A DNA stretch of 64,000 nt from Longimicrobiales bacterium (GTDB lineage Bacteria; Gemmatimonadota; Gemmatimonadetes; Longimicrobiales; Gaopeijiaceae): NCBI GenBank assembly GCA_965218295.1, contig CBDCKN010000014.1, positions 64,001-128,000 on the forward strand, in the 5' to 3' direction. The notes beneath the pieces are model-generated. The model did no database searches. It saw nothing but the letters and a program-made list of their open reading frames with translations, and was not told where the DNA came from. A program made the position numbers and the translations under genes. Shown in pieces: positions 39,029 through 49,356 of the stretch (positions are counted from its first letter, which is position 1; every line of letters starts with the position of its first letter).

Positions 39029-40456
39029 ATGGATGTCCGACGCGTCATAGATCAGATCGAGAGCGGCTTCGAGCCTGCCCACGTCGAGCGCCTCTTGAAG
39101 TACATCCGGCAGCCGAGCGTCTCGGCGTTGAACTGGGGCAATCAAGAGATGGCCGAAATGCTGGCGGAGGAAATTCGCCAGGCGGGCGGCGAGGCCGAAG
39201 TGGTTGAAACGGCGGAGTTTCCGGTGGTCTTCGGGCTGATCGACGAGGGGGCGCCCAGGACCCTCCTCTGCCACGGGCTTTACGACGTGACGCCGGCCGA
39301 AGAGCCGAACTGGCTGAATCCCCCGTTCGAGCCCCAAATCCAAGACCTGCCGGGCCTGGGTCGCTGCGTGGTGGGCCGCGGCGCGGAGGACATGAAAACG
39401 GGCATCGCCTGTGTCATGAACACGGTCTTCGCCGCTCGTGAGGTGGGAGAGAAGCTTCCCTTGAACCTCATGTTCGTCCATGAAGCCTCCGAGCTCGGAA
39501 GCGGCGGGATGAAGGACTTTTTCCCGCGCTACAAGGGGAAGATGAAACGCGTGAACGCCGTCTACTGGCTCTGTCCCATGGCCCAGACAGACGGCACGCC
39601 CATCGTGCCCCTGGCTCTCAAGGGCAACCTTATGGGCCGGCTGTTCTGCCGTCCGGGTGAGTGGGGCGGGCCGATCGGGAATGAGATGCACGCCCTGCAT
39701 TCGAACTGGATCGGAAACCCGGCCGACCGCCTGGTGACGGCCGTTGCCTATCTGGAAAAGAGGCTCGAAGAAATCTACGAAAAAGGAGAGGGCTGGGTGC
39801 CCAGCGCATCCCAGGAGGCACTCTGCCGGGCGCTCTCGGCGCGCATTGACCCGAAGCGGATGAAACAGAGCTTGGGAGTCAACCGATTCAAGCAGGATGA
39901 CTTTCACGCTGCCGTGAGGGAGCACCTGTTCCGGCCCGAGTTCACCGTGATAGGCCTCCAGTCCGGCTTCATTGGGGAGGGCAAGTCTGTCAAGGTGAGC
40001 ATCCCTTCGGAAGCCCAGGCGGTGGTGAACATGCGCTTTCAGCCTGGCGAGGACCCAGACGAGCGGATCGAAAACGTCCGCAGGATCCTCGCCGACGGCG
40101 GTTTCGGGGACATCGAGTTCGTTGTGAACAACCACTACGCGGGTGGCGGCACCCCGCCCGATCATCCCCTGATCGGGTGCTTCCTGAAGGCCCACAGGGA
40201 CATGGGCGCAGACCCGGAGGTCTGGCCCGTCCACCCGGTGGGGATGCCGGTGGCGCTCTGGACGGAGGAGCTGGGCATTCCCTGGATCGGCGGCCTGCCC
40301 TGCAATGCCATGCGCAAGCACGCGGCAAACGAGTACGCCCAGCTTGCGGGAATCCTGCAATCCGAAGTATTCCTGGCGCACTTCTTCGAGGGCTTTGCGA
40401 ACACGGCCGTCGACGAGGACGGCAACGAAACGGCCCGCATCCGCTTGCCGGAGTAG
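39029..40456 (+). CDS. M20/M25/M40 family metallo-hydrolase
   Basis: HGLYDVTP, GRGAEDMK, SELGS, HALHS and KHAANE. Confidence 0.85.
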   Translation: MDVRRVIDQIESGFEPAHVERLLKYIRQPSVSALNWGNQEMAEMLAEEIRQAGGEAEVVETAEFPVVFGLIDEGAPRTLLCHGLYDVTPAEEPNWLNPPFEPQIQDLPGLGRCVVGRGAEDMKTGIACVMNTVFAAREVGEKLPLNLMFVHEASELGSGGMKDFFPRYKGKMKRVNAVYWLCPMAQTDGTPIVPLALKGNLMGRLFCRPGEWGGPIGNEMHALHSNWIGNPADRLVTAVAYLEKRLEEIYEKGEGWVPSASQEALCRALSARIDPKRMKQSLGVNRFKQDDFHAAVREHLFRPEFTVIGLQSGFIGEGKSVKVSIPSEAQAVVNMRFQPGEDPDERIENVRRILADGGFGDIEFVVNNHYAGGGTPPDHPLIGCFLKAHRDMGADPEVWPVHPVGMPVALWTEELGIPWIGGLPCNAMRKHAANEYAQLAGILQSEVFLAHFFEGFANTAVDEDGNETARIRLPE

Positions 40457-40778
40457 TCGGTGCCGCTCGCGACCTACACCGGCTGGAGCCTGTTCAACGC
40501 CGAGTTCGGCCTGACACAGCGATCTCGAGCATGGAGGGGTCCTACATCCCGCTCCGCTCACGCGAGTGACCCGGGAGTCGAGCAGCGACCTGCGCCGGTC
40601 GATCGAGGAGTGCTACGAGAGCCGCGCGCAGTATCTCGGGCTGGTCTCCAGCGCCGCCCTTGAGCAGATTGCGTAAGGCTACCTGCTGGCCGAGGACATG
40701 GCGCGGATGGTCGAACAGGCCGGACGGCACTGGGATTATCTGGTCGAGCAGAAGCCGATCTCGTCTGCGTCCCGGTAG
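40457..40778 (+). pseudogene. C-terminal fragment of an alpha/beta-hydrolase-domain protein (paralog of 25813-27945)
   Basis: VPLATYTGW...GSYIP...DLRRSIEECYE...GYLLAED across shifted frames. Confidence 0.7.
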
Positions 40779-40851
40779 CGAGACGGCGTTGCGGAACGAA
40801 GGTAGAGGCAACCGTGAACACATGGCTTTAGTCATGCGAAAGGGGCAAGAA

Positions 40852-42801
40852 ATGAAGATGGTGAGTTACTGGTGTCGTACGGGTGCGGTGGGTGCCGTCG
40901 TCCTGATCGGTCTGCTAACGCTGCTGCGGGCAACTGTGCTGCACGCGCAAAGCGGCACAGCCGTGGCGACCGAATATGAGGTCGTCGTCGCCAAGAACGT
41001 CATGGTCCCGATGCGTGACGGGGTACGCATGGCGACCGACATCTACCGTCCGGCGCGCGGCGGCGAGGCGGAGCCGGGGCCGTTCCCGACTCTCCTCTCG
41101 CGCACGCCTTACGGCAAGAACGGCTCCCAGAACACCGCGCGGTTCTTGGCGCGGCACGGCTACATGGTGCTCATTCAGGACACGCGCGGCCGGTTCGATT
41201 CCGAGGGCACGTTCTACATCTACGTGAACGAAGGTGAGGATGGCTACGACGCCGTCGAGTGGGCCGCCGCCCAGCCCTGGTCGACCGGCGACGTCGGCAC
41301 CTTCGGCGGCTCCTACCTCGCCGCGACACAGATGTCCCTGGCGGTCGAGGCTCCCCCGCATCTGAAAGGGATGTTCGTCAGGGTGAGTACCTCGAACTAC
41401 TGGGAGGACGGTGCCGGCTCGGGCGGCGCCTTCGCGCTCCTCCACAACCTGACCTACGCCATGAATCTGGCGAGGAACAGCCAGGAGGCGATGGAGGATC
41501 TGCCGCGAAGCCGCGCCCTCACGGCTGGAGTCCAGCGCGACCAGCTCGCGCAGTGGATTCGCGCCTATCCGTTCTACCCCAACACGTCACCGCTGGAGCT
41601 GATCCCGACCTATCAGCGCTGGTTCAACGACTGGGTCGACCACCCAGACTTCGACGATTACTGGAAGCAGAACGGCTACACCTTCGAGCTCTACTACGAC
41701 CGGATCCCCGACATCCCGACGTATTTCATAGGCGGCTGGTACGACATCTTCCTCCGGGGCACGCTGAATAACTTCGCCGGCCTGATGGCAAAGAACTCCA
41801 GCCTCACCAAGCTGATGGTGGGTCCGTGGGAGCACGGCGTGGGGTCAGTGCGACGTGGGGATGTGGCCTTCGGACCCGAGGCCGAGGTCGACCTCGAAAT
41901 CGAGCGGCTGCGCTGGTTCGACCACATCCTGAAGGGAGAGGATGCCGGCGTGCTCGACGATTCGCCCGTTTGGCTCTTCATCATGGGCGGAGGTGACAAC
42001 GACCGGACCCACACCGGCAAGCTCGACCAGGGTGGCGAGTGGGTCTCGGCCTTGGCCTGGCCTCCGCCGCAGTCCACGGGGCGCGAGTTCTACCTGCATG
42101 CCGACGGCCGTCTCGCGCCGGATCCGCCCATCGGCGCGGCCGGACCGACCACCTACACGTTCGATCCCGCCAACCCGGTGCCGACGATCGGGGGCAAGGT
42201 GAACTCGGGTGCCCAGCTCGTCCCCCCGGCCCCGTTCGATCAGCGGTGCATCGCGGGGGAGATCTTCGGGTGCGAGGACGACCTGCCGCTGTCGGCCCGT
42301 CGGGACGTGATCGTCTTCCAGACGCCACCGCTCCAGGAGGACGTCGTGGTGCTGGGGCCGGTCTCGGTCAAGCTGTGGATCTCCTCTTCGGCCAAGGATA
42401 CGGACTTCACGGCCAAGCTCGTCGACGTCCACCCGCCGAGCGAGGATTATCCATCGGGCTACGACATGCTGCTGGCCGACCGCATCGTCCGCGCGCGTTA
42501 CCGGAACAGTCTCGAGACGGCCGAGCTGATGGAGCCGGGCGAGGTCTACGAGATCACCATCGACCTGCTGGGCATCGGCAACCGCTTCGAGGCGGGCCAT
42601 CGTATTCGTCTGGACATCTCGAGCAGCAACTTCCCGTTCTTCGACGTCAACCCCAACACCGGTGAGCGTCCGGGGCACCACACGCACATGGTCGAGGCCA
42701 TCAACAGCATCTACCATGACGCCGAGCATCCGTCGCATCTGATGCTGCCGATCATCACGGCGGAGACCACCACGAGCGCGGGCCAAGTGGGCAGACGCTG
42801 A
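40852..42801 (+). CDS. secreted CocE/NonD family hydrolase
   Basis: VPMRDGVRMATD, RTPY, GGSYLA, GGWYD, GPWEH and DISSSNFP. Confidence 0.95.
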   Translation: MKMVSYWCRTGAVGAVVLIGLLTLLRATVLHAQSGTAVATEYEVVVAKNVMVPMRDGVRMATDIYRPARGGEAEPGPFPTLLSRTPYGKNGSQNTARFLARHGYMVLIQDTRGRFDSEGTFYIYVNEGEDGYDAVEWAAAQPWSTGDVGTFGGSYLAATQMSLAVEAPPHLKGMFVRVSTSNYWEDGAGSGGAFALLHNLTYAMNLARNSQEAMEDLPRSRALTAGVQRDQLAQWIRAYPFYPNTSPLELIPTYQRWFNDWVDHPDFDDYWKQNGYTFELYYDRIPDIPTYFIGGWYDIFLRGTLNNFAGLMAKNSSLTKLMVGPWEHGVGSVRRGDVAFGPEAEVDLEIERLRWFDHILKGEDAGVLDDSPVWLFIMGGGDNDRTHTGKLDQGGEWVSALAWPPPQSTGREFYLHADGRLAPDPPIGAAGPTTYTFDPANPVPTIGGKVNSGAQLVPPAPFDQRCIAGEIFGCEDDLPLSARRDVIVFQTPPLQEDVVVLGPVSVKLWISSSAKDTDFTAKLVDVHPPSEDYPSGYDMLLADRIVRARYRNSLETAELMEPGEVYEITIDLLGIGNRFEAGHRIRLDISSSNFPFFDVNPNTGERPGHHTHMVEAINSIYHDAEHPSHLMLPIITAETTTSAGQVGRR

Positions 42802-43036
42802 GTGTCCAAATGGACGGCCTCAAGGGCCGCTAGCGGATGCGGACGGCGGCGGATCGCGGAGCTGAAGCTAAGGCTAGGAGATTCAAACGCCTTCGAGGGA
42901 GAGAAGGCCGGGTGGTTGGAGGCGGGATGAATCTGTAGGGAGTCGGGGGGGGGGGAAGGAAAAACACGAGAGTAGATGCTTGCGCCTACCGGCCCGCTCT
43001 CGGATGTTGACCTGGCCCGATCCTGGAGTGCGCTTC

Positions 43037-45720
43037 ATGTCCGATCCAGTAGTCCGCCTGAACGCTGCCTTAGAAGGCCGCTATGCCATCGAGCGTGAGT
43101 TGGGTGAGGGCGGGATGGCCACCGTGTACCTGGCCGAGGACATCAAGCACAACCGCAAGGTGGCCCTCAAGGTCTTGAAGCCTGAGTTGGCTGCGGTTGT
43201 CGGTGCCGAACGGTTCCTGACCGAGATCAAGGTCACCGCTAACCTGAATCATCCGCATATCCTGCCTCTCCACGATTCCGGGGAAGCCGACGGCTTCCTG
43301 TTCTATGTCATGCCCTATCTGGAAGGGGAGAGCCTTCGGGACCGGATAGACCGCGAGAAGCAGCTTCCGGTGGATGAGGCCGTGCGGATCGCCACGGCTG
43401 TGGCCAACGCCTTGGATCATGCGCATCGTCACAAGGTCATCCACCGGGACATCAAACCCGCGAACATCCTGCTCCAGGACGGCGAGCCGGTGGTGGCGGA
43501 CTTCGGGATCGCACTGGCTGTCGGAGCAGCAGGGGGCACCCGACTCACCGAGACGGGACTCAGCCTGGGCACACCCTTCTACATGAGCCCGGAGCAGGCG
43601 ACGGGTGATCAGCCGGTGGGCGCTTCCACCGACACCTACGCCCTGGGGTCCGTGCTGTACGAGATGCTGGTGGGCGAGCCTCCCTATCCAGGAACGACCG
43701 CCCAGGCAGTGCTGGGCAAGATCATCGCGGGTAAGCCCGTCTCGGCCACAGAGCAACGTCCGGCGATTCCGGCGAACGTGGACGCGGCGCTGCGGAAGGC
43801 CCTGGAGAAGATACCGGCGGATCGGTTCACCTCGGCGCAGGACTTCGTGAGGGCGCTGGGTGATGAGCACTTCCGGTATGGGGAGGCAGTTGCGAGAGTC
43901 GATGGTGCGGTCGCGAGTCCGTGGAATCGAGTGGCGATCCTGGGTTGGAGCGCTGCTGCTGTATTTGCCGTCACCCTCGGTTGGCCGCTCCTCCGTTCCG
44001 AGCCTCCCGAGCCTCCTGGGCCGATCACCCGGGTTTCCGTGCTGATGGGAGAAGATCAGTCCTTTCATTCCAATTTCGGAGTACTCGACCTTTCGACCGA
44101 TGGATCGCTCATGGTCTACAGAGGTCGAGGTGATGAAGGGCAACCTCAGGTGTGGGTGAGGCGGTGGGATGCCTTGGAGGCCACTCCGATCCGAAACACG
44201 GACGGGGCTTTCAGCCCGACGATTTCTCCTGACGGTCGCGAGGTGGTTTTTGGAGTGGCTGGCTCGATTCGGGTCGTCCCCCTCCAGGGGGGTATCGCGG
44301 ACCCTCACCGAGTCAGCCTGGTGCTGCCCAAGCTGGAGTCCGGAGGGTGATTGGGTCTATTACGTCAACGTGTCGCGAGGACTGAGCCGCGTGCCAGCGA
44401 GCGGTGGACCGCCCGAGGTTGTCACCCAGGTGGATAACACAGCCGGAGACGTTATCAATTTGTGGGTGGATGTGCTGCCGGGTGGCAGGGGCGTCTTGTA
44501 CATGGCGGCGGGGGCTGGGAATACCAACCAAAGAATCCAAGCCCTGGACCTGGAAACCGGCGAGATCAAGGATCTGACACCGGGCCAGACCCCACGGTAC
44601 AGCCGCGCCACCGGCGATCTGCTCTTCATGGACGCGAACGAGGGCACCCTTTTGGCCGCCCCCTTCGACGCGAAGAAGCTGGAACTTACGGGCGCGGCGG
44701 TGCCAGTGGCGGAAGAAGTGCTGCAACACGCCCAGGCATGGCCGTTCTTCGACATATCCGCATCGGGCAGGCTTGTTTACCGGACAGGTAGGGGAGGGGA
44801 TCTCGTCACCCCGGTATGGGTGGAGCGTGACGGAACCGTCCGAGAGGTCGATCCTGGATGGGAGTTTCCCGGCAACTTTGACCTTTCCAGTGTTGCGCTT
44901 TCCCCCGACGGCACCCGGCTCGTCACGTCGATCACGGACTCAGACGGGACCACAGACCTGTGGGTCAAGCAGCTGGACACCGGCCCTTTGTTCCGCCTCA
45001 CGTTCGAGGGAACGGAGAACCTCAGGGCTCTGTGGTCGCGGGACGGACAATTCGTCACGTTCGTGTCGAATCGTGCGGGACAACGGGATCTGTGGAGAAA
45101 GAAAGCGGACGGGAGTGGCCCGGCTGAGCTAGTGCTGGACAGGGAGCGGCCTCTCCAGGAATTCGTCTATTCGCCCGACGGCACCTGGCTGGTCTTTGTG
45201 GAATCAGACGGCGGGACCGCCAACTCCGACATCTACGGCATACGCCCCGGGGTGGACAGCGTAGCGACTCCGTTGGTCACGGAGGGGTCAAGCGCCGATG
45301 AGATGTCACTTTCCCCCGACGGTCGCTGGCTCGCCCATACCTGGGTACAGGACGGCGATGTTCAGGTGTACGTGCGTCCCTTCCCCGACGTTGATGCGGG
45401 CAGGTGGCAGATATCCACGACTAGGGGCGATGAGGACCGTGTGGGCACACAATGGTCGAGAGTTGTTCTATCAGGGCACGACGAACGCTGACGAACAAAT
45501 GGTTGCCGAAATCATCGGAGATCCATCGTTCGCGGTGGGGGAGCAGCGAGTCCTGTTTCCCTTGGCCACCTACCTAATCGGGAACGGTCACGCGGGATAC
45601 GACATCAGCCCGGATGACCAGCGATTGGTGATGCTGAAGGCCGTGGGGGGAGAGGACGACAGGCAATTGATCCTTGTCGATAACTGGTTCGAGGAGTTGA
45701 AGGAGCGGGTGGGCAACTAA
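43037..45720 (+). pseudogene. Ser/Thr protein kinase with a TM segment and PD40/TolB-like propellers; two frameshifts (about 44290 and 45425)
   Basis: LGEGGMATVY, VALK, HRDIKPAN, DFG and YMSPEQ; SPDG repeats; ends VDNWFEELK. Both shifts fall in G runs. Confidence 0.9.
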
Positions 45721-45728
45721 CGGTCCCG

Positions 45729-45763
45729 GTGGGTGAGGCGGTGGGATGCCTTGGAGGCCACTC
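45729..45763 (+). repeat. exact 35-bp copy of 44152-44186
   Basis: GTGGGTGAGGCGGTGGGATGCCTTGGAGGCCACTC at both positions. Confidence 0.9.
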
Positions 45764-45858
45764 GAGAGTGCTGCGCCCAGGTGGCCTCCGTTGGGTCGCC
45801 TCATCAGAGGCCGGGAACCCATCCCGACCTGACCGGGCCCGAAAGCCCGGTTTCGGCA

Positions 45859-46044
45859 TTAGTAGCCTGCCATGAAGTGGATCAGCCTGGTCACGTCATC
45901 CAAGTCCAGGAGAAGGTGGTGGTTGCCGTCCGCGTCCACATTGTGGTCGGCGGGCACCCGCAGAATCACGACGGGTGATCCGTCCTCCGCGAGTGGTATC
46001 TTAGTAACCGTCAAGCCAGCGATCTCTCGCTTCGTGCTACTCAC
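45859..46044 (-). CDS. small hypothetical protein (61 aa)
   Basis: GGAGG RBS before GTG; protein-like composition. Confidence 0.45.
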   Translation of the reverse strand: MSSTKREIAGLTVTKIPLAEDGSPVVILRVPADHNVDADGNHHLLLDLDDVTRLIHFMAGY

Positions 46045-46181
46045 TCTGCGTCCCTCCGTTGGGGTTGTGGCTCGGGAGAATCTAACGCCCCCGATGCTCG
46101 GTCAGTTCCCGTACAGCGCCTCTCGACGAGTAGCGCCGCATAACGATTCTGTTAGGAGGCTCCTCCTCAGAAGGGAGTTTC

Positions 46182-46649
46182 GTGCTAGTTCAAGTCGGTG
46201 TGGATAGCCTCGGGTTGGACCGGAAGACCAAGATGCCCGTCGTCGTTCTCAAAGAGGAAGGCGGGGAGCAAGTGCTCCCCATTTGGATCGACCCCAATGA
46301 GGCCAGCGCCATTGCCAGGGGGCTCACCCAGATGAAGTTCTCCCGTCCACTGACCCACGACCTCCTAGTCTCCGTGTTGGAGAGCCTGGGCGGAGAACTC
46401 GAGAAGGTGGTCATCGGTCCGGTGGAGGGAAATCTTTTCTTCGCTGAGATGATCATGCGCCGACACGGAGAGGTCATCTCCATCGATGCGCGCCCGTCCG
46501 ACTCAATAGCAGTCGCATTACGTATGGAGGCCGAGATCTTCGTGCACAGCGATCTGCTGGGCCCCGCCTCCGTCGAGTTGGCGGAAGATCAACCGTCTGC
46601 TACACATAGATTCCAATACAATCCATACGTGTCTGATAAGATTCTATAA
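46182..46649 (+). CDS. bifunctional nuclease family protein (DUF151), C-terminus supplied by the inserted element
   Basis: LPIWI...EA.AI, RPLTHDLL and IDARPSDSIAVAL. Confidence 0.9.
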   Translation: MLVQVGVDSLGLDRKTKMPVVVLKEEGGEQVLPIWIDPNEASAIARGLTQMKFSRPLTHDLLVSVLESLGGELEKVVIGPVEGNLFFAEMIMRRHGEVISIDARPSDSIAVALRMEAEIFVHSDLLGPASVELAEDQPSATHRFQYNPYVSDKIL

Positions 46650-46757
46650 CTAGAGCTATTACAATGAGTTATGTAGGACACGCCCGGTTGCACTGTCGCT
46701 GTGTGTCCACTATGTTCCCGTACATGACATACGATACTTTATACGGGGACTCCCGAA

Positions 46758-47963
46758 TTGGATTTGCCCAAACACCGAGGCAGGCGCCCGCATAACGCAC
46801 TCAGCGCGGCCTTCGTGCGCAGCGCCAAGCCCGGATACTACTGCGATGGGAACGGCCTCTATCTGCGTGTGGACCGATCGGGCGCGCGCCGATGGGAGCA
46901 GCGTCTGCGGATCCAGGGTCGAAACCGCACGCTGGGGCTCGGGGGCTACCAGCTGGTATCGCTGGCCGAGGCGCGCGAGAAGGCATTCACGAACCGCAAG
47001 ATCGCGCGCTCGGGCGGTGATCCGCGTACCGAGCGGCACAAGGTCCGGGACATGCCCACGTTCGCCGAAGCGGCCGCCGGCGTTCTGGAACAGCTCCGGC
47101 CGGGCTGGCGCAGCGCCAGGCATGCGAAGGACTGGGTCTCCAGCCTGCGCGTCTACGCGTTCCCACAGCTGGGCCATCGACCGGTCGGCGAGATAACGAC
47201 AGCCGACATCCTGGCGGTGCTGACACCGATCTGGCACGCCAAGCAGGTGACTGCCAGACGGGTGCGCCAGCGCATTGGGGCGGTGATGAAGTGGGCGGTG
47301 GCGATGGGGCTTCGGCCGGACAACCCCGCCAGCGATGTGCTCGGTCAAGCGCTTGGCCGACAGCGCGTCGTAGTCCGGCACATGCGCGCGTTGCCTCACT
47401 CGAAGGTCGCGGGCGCGATGGAGACGGTGCGGAAGTCGCACGCTTACCCGGCCACGAAACTCGCCTTCGAGTTCCTGGTGTTGACGGCGGCCCGCTCGGG
47501 AGAGGTTCGCTCGGCGCACTGGGATGAAATCGACCTGGAGGCTCGAGAGTGGACGGTTCCCGCCGAACGCACGAAGGCCCATCGCCCCCACAGGGTGCCG
47601 CTGTCCGGGCGCGCCGTGGAGATACTGAGCGAGGCGCGGACGCTCGGGGGCGGCAGCGGTCTCGTTTTCCCGTCGCCGGAGGGCCGCGCATCTGCCCACA
47701 GCAGACTCTCCACGCTGCTTCGAGACCTGGGTATCGCGGCCGTGCCGCACGGCTTCCGGTCGAGCTTCAGGGACTGGTGCGGCGAGTGTTCCAACGCACC
47801 GCGTGAAGTCGCCGAGGCCGCGTTGGCGCATGCGGTTCGTAACAAGGTGGAAGCTGCCTATGCGCGTTCGGACCTGTTCGAGCGCAGGCGCGTCCTGATG
47901 GACAATTGGGCTGCGTATCTGGCGGGCGAGCGTCTGGACCCGGAGGCCGAACCGGCTCGCTGA
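46758..47963 (+). CDS. P4-like tyrosine integrase
   Basis: Arm domain DGNGLYLRV...LGGYQLVSLAEAR; LTAARSGE, HGFRSSFRDW, LAH and AYAR. Confidence 0.95.
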   Translation: MDLPKHRGRRPHNALSAAFVRSAKPGYYCDGNGLYLRVDRSGARRWEQRLRIQGRNRTLGLGGYQLVSLAEAREKAFTNRKIARSGGDPRTERHKVRDMPTFAEAAAGVLEQLRPGWRSARHAKDWVSSLRVYAFPQLGHRPVGEITTADILAVLTPIWHAKQVTARRVRQRIGAVMKWAVAMGLRPDNPASDVLGQALGRQRVVVRHMRALPHSKVAGAMETVRKSHAYPATKLAFEFLVLTAARSGEVRSAHWDEIDLEAREWTVPAERTKAHRPHRVPLSGRAVEILSEARTLGGGSGLVFPSPEGRASAHSRLSTLLRDLGIAAVPHGFRSSFRDWCGECSNAPREVAEAALAHAVRNKVEAAYARSDLFERRRVLMDNWAAYLAGERLDPEAEPAR

Positions 47964-48056
47964 TCCGCCGCGCTCGCAGTGTCGGCGGACGAGTCCGTCA
48001 GGCGCTGAAGAGCAGGGGCGCGAAGGCTGGCTCACGACCCGTATGTGGACGCCCCC

Positions 48057-48333
48057 CGGGTTGGCAAGCCTGACTTCGAACCGAGGTTGGTGGCAATCAG
48101 GTCCGGTACTGTCGTATGTCCGGCCTCTTGATGCAGCCCTCGTTGGCTGCGGGCCCGTATGGTGTTCGTGAGATCGGATCCAAATCGTTAGGTCGGGCTC
48201 GGTGGCCCTTCGGGTCATCCTGGTGTTTCCGATCCCGTCTTCCAGACCGTTTGCCCTTACTCGTTCTTGCGTCCTGCTGCCCACATCTCCCAGCAGCTTT
48301 CTCTGTTTGCGCTTCTCTCCTTTCATTGGCCGG
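48057..48333 (-). ncRNA. putative bridge/seek RNA in the non-coding region downstream of the recombinase
   Basis: Target-matching segments at 48186-48191 and 48211-48218; donor-matching segment at 48113-48119; each loop contains an internal hairpin. Confidence 0.8.
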
Positions 48334-49356
48334 TCAGGCGGCAGCGCGAACCCGATGGATCTCCTTCTTCGTGGTCAGCGCCCAGACCATCCGCGCCGTC
48401 CTGTTGGCGAGCGCCACCGCGACCAGCATCTTCGGCTTGCGTGCCAGCATCCTGGCCAGCCACGGATCCGTGATCTCGCCGCGCCGGATCGCGTTTTGGA
48501 CGACCGCCATGGCTCCCGTGATCAAGAGCCGCCGGAGATCGCGCTGGCCCATCTTCGATATCCTGCCCAGCCTCGGCTTGCCGCCGGTGGTGTGCTGCCG
48601 CGGCACAAGGCCGAGCCAGGCCGAGAAGTCGCGCCCGCGCCGGAAGCTCTCCATCGGCGGTGCGAAGGCCTGCAGTGCCATCGCGGTGATCGGTCCGATT
48701 CCGGGGATTGTCATCAGCCGCGCCGTCTCTTCGCGCTCCCGTGCGCTCGCCCGGAGCTTCCTGTCGAATCCATCGATCTTCTCATCGAGCTCGTCGATCC
48801 GCCCGAGCAGCAGCCATCCCAGCTCGACGACCGCCTCCGGCAGGCCGACGTCCCCGTCTTCCAGCACCCAGGCCAGTTGCCCGATCCGGGCCCTGCCCTG
48901 CGGAGCAACAACTCCGAACTCGGCGAGGTGACCCCGAAGGGCATTGATCGTCTGTGTGCGCTGGCGCACCAGCAGGTCACGCGTGCGAAAGAGCATCCCC
49001 TGACCCTGCTGCGCTTCGGTCTTGACCGCCACGAAGCGCATGGTCGGACGCTGTGCGGCTTCCGAGATCGCCTCCGCGTCCGCCGCGTCGTTCTTCTGCC
49101 TCTTGACGAAGGGCTTCACGTAGATCGGGGGAACCAGCTTCACCTCGTGACCGAGGGCCACGATCTCCCGGCCCCAGTAGTGGGCGCCGGCGCATGCCTC
49201 CATCGCCACCGTGCAAGGCGGCTGCGCGGCGAGAAAACTCAGCAGCTTCCCGCGGCTCAGCTTCCTGCGGTACGCTACCGACCCGTTCGCCTTCGCCCCG
49301 TGTACCTGAAAGCTGCGCTTTGCCAGATCGATCCCGATGATGCTAACCTCCTCCAT
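48334..49356 (-). CDS. IS110 family recombinase/transposase
   Basis: GIDLAK, MEAC, KNDAADAEAI, IPGIGPITA and WLGLVP.Q.TTGG. Confidence 0.97.
   Translation of the reverse strand: MEEVSIIGIDLAKRSFQVHGAKANGSVAYRRKLSRGKLLSFLAAQPPCTVAMEACAGAHYWGREIVALGHEVKLVPPIYVKPFVKRQKNDAADAEAISEAAQRPTMRFVAVKTEAQQGQGMLFRTRDLLVRQRTQTINALRGHLAEFGVVAPQGRARIGQLAWVLEDGDVGLPEAVVELGWLLLGRIDELDEKIDGFDRKLRASAREREETARLMTIPGIGPITAMALQAFAPPMESFRRGRDFSAWLGLVPRQHTTGGKPRLGRISKMGQRDLRRLLITGAMAVVQNAIRRGEITDPWLARMLARKPKMLVAVALANRTARMVWALTTKKEIHRVRAAA

Noticed and set aside
46080..46157. Integron attC site (ATCTAAC...GTTAGGA)
   Set aside because: Core sites pair poorly, no convincing L boxes, no IntI, and gene orientations are mixed.
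46590..46760. tRNA or tmRNA attachment site beside the integrase
   Set aside because: No cloverleaf or T-loop motif seen here or at the other end; the repeat lies in a protein-coding gene.
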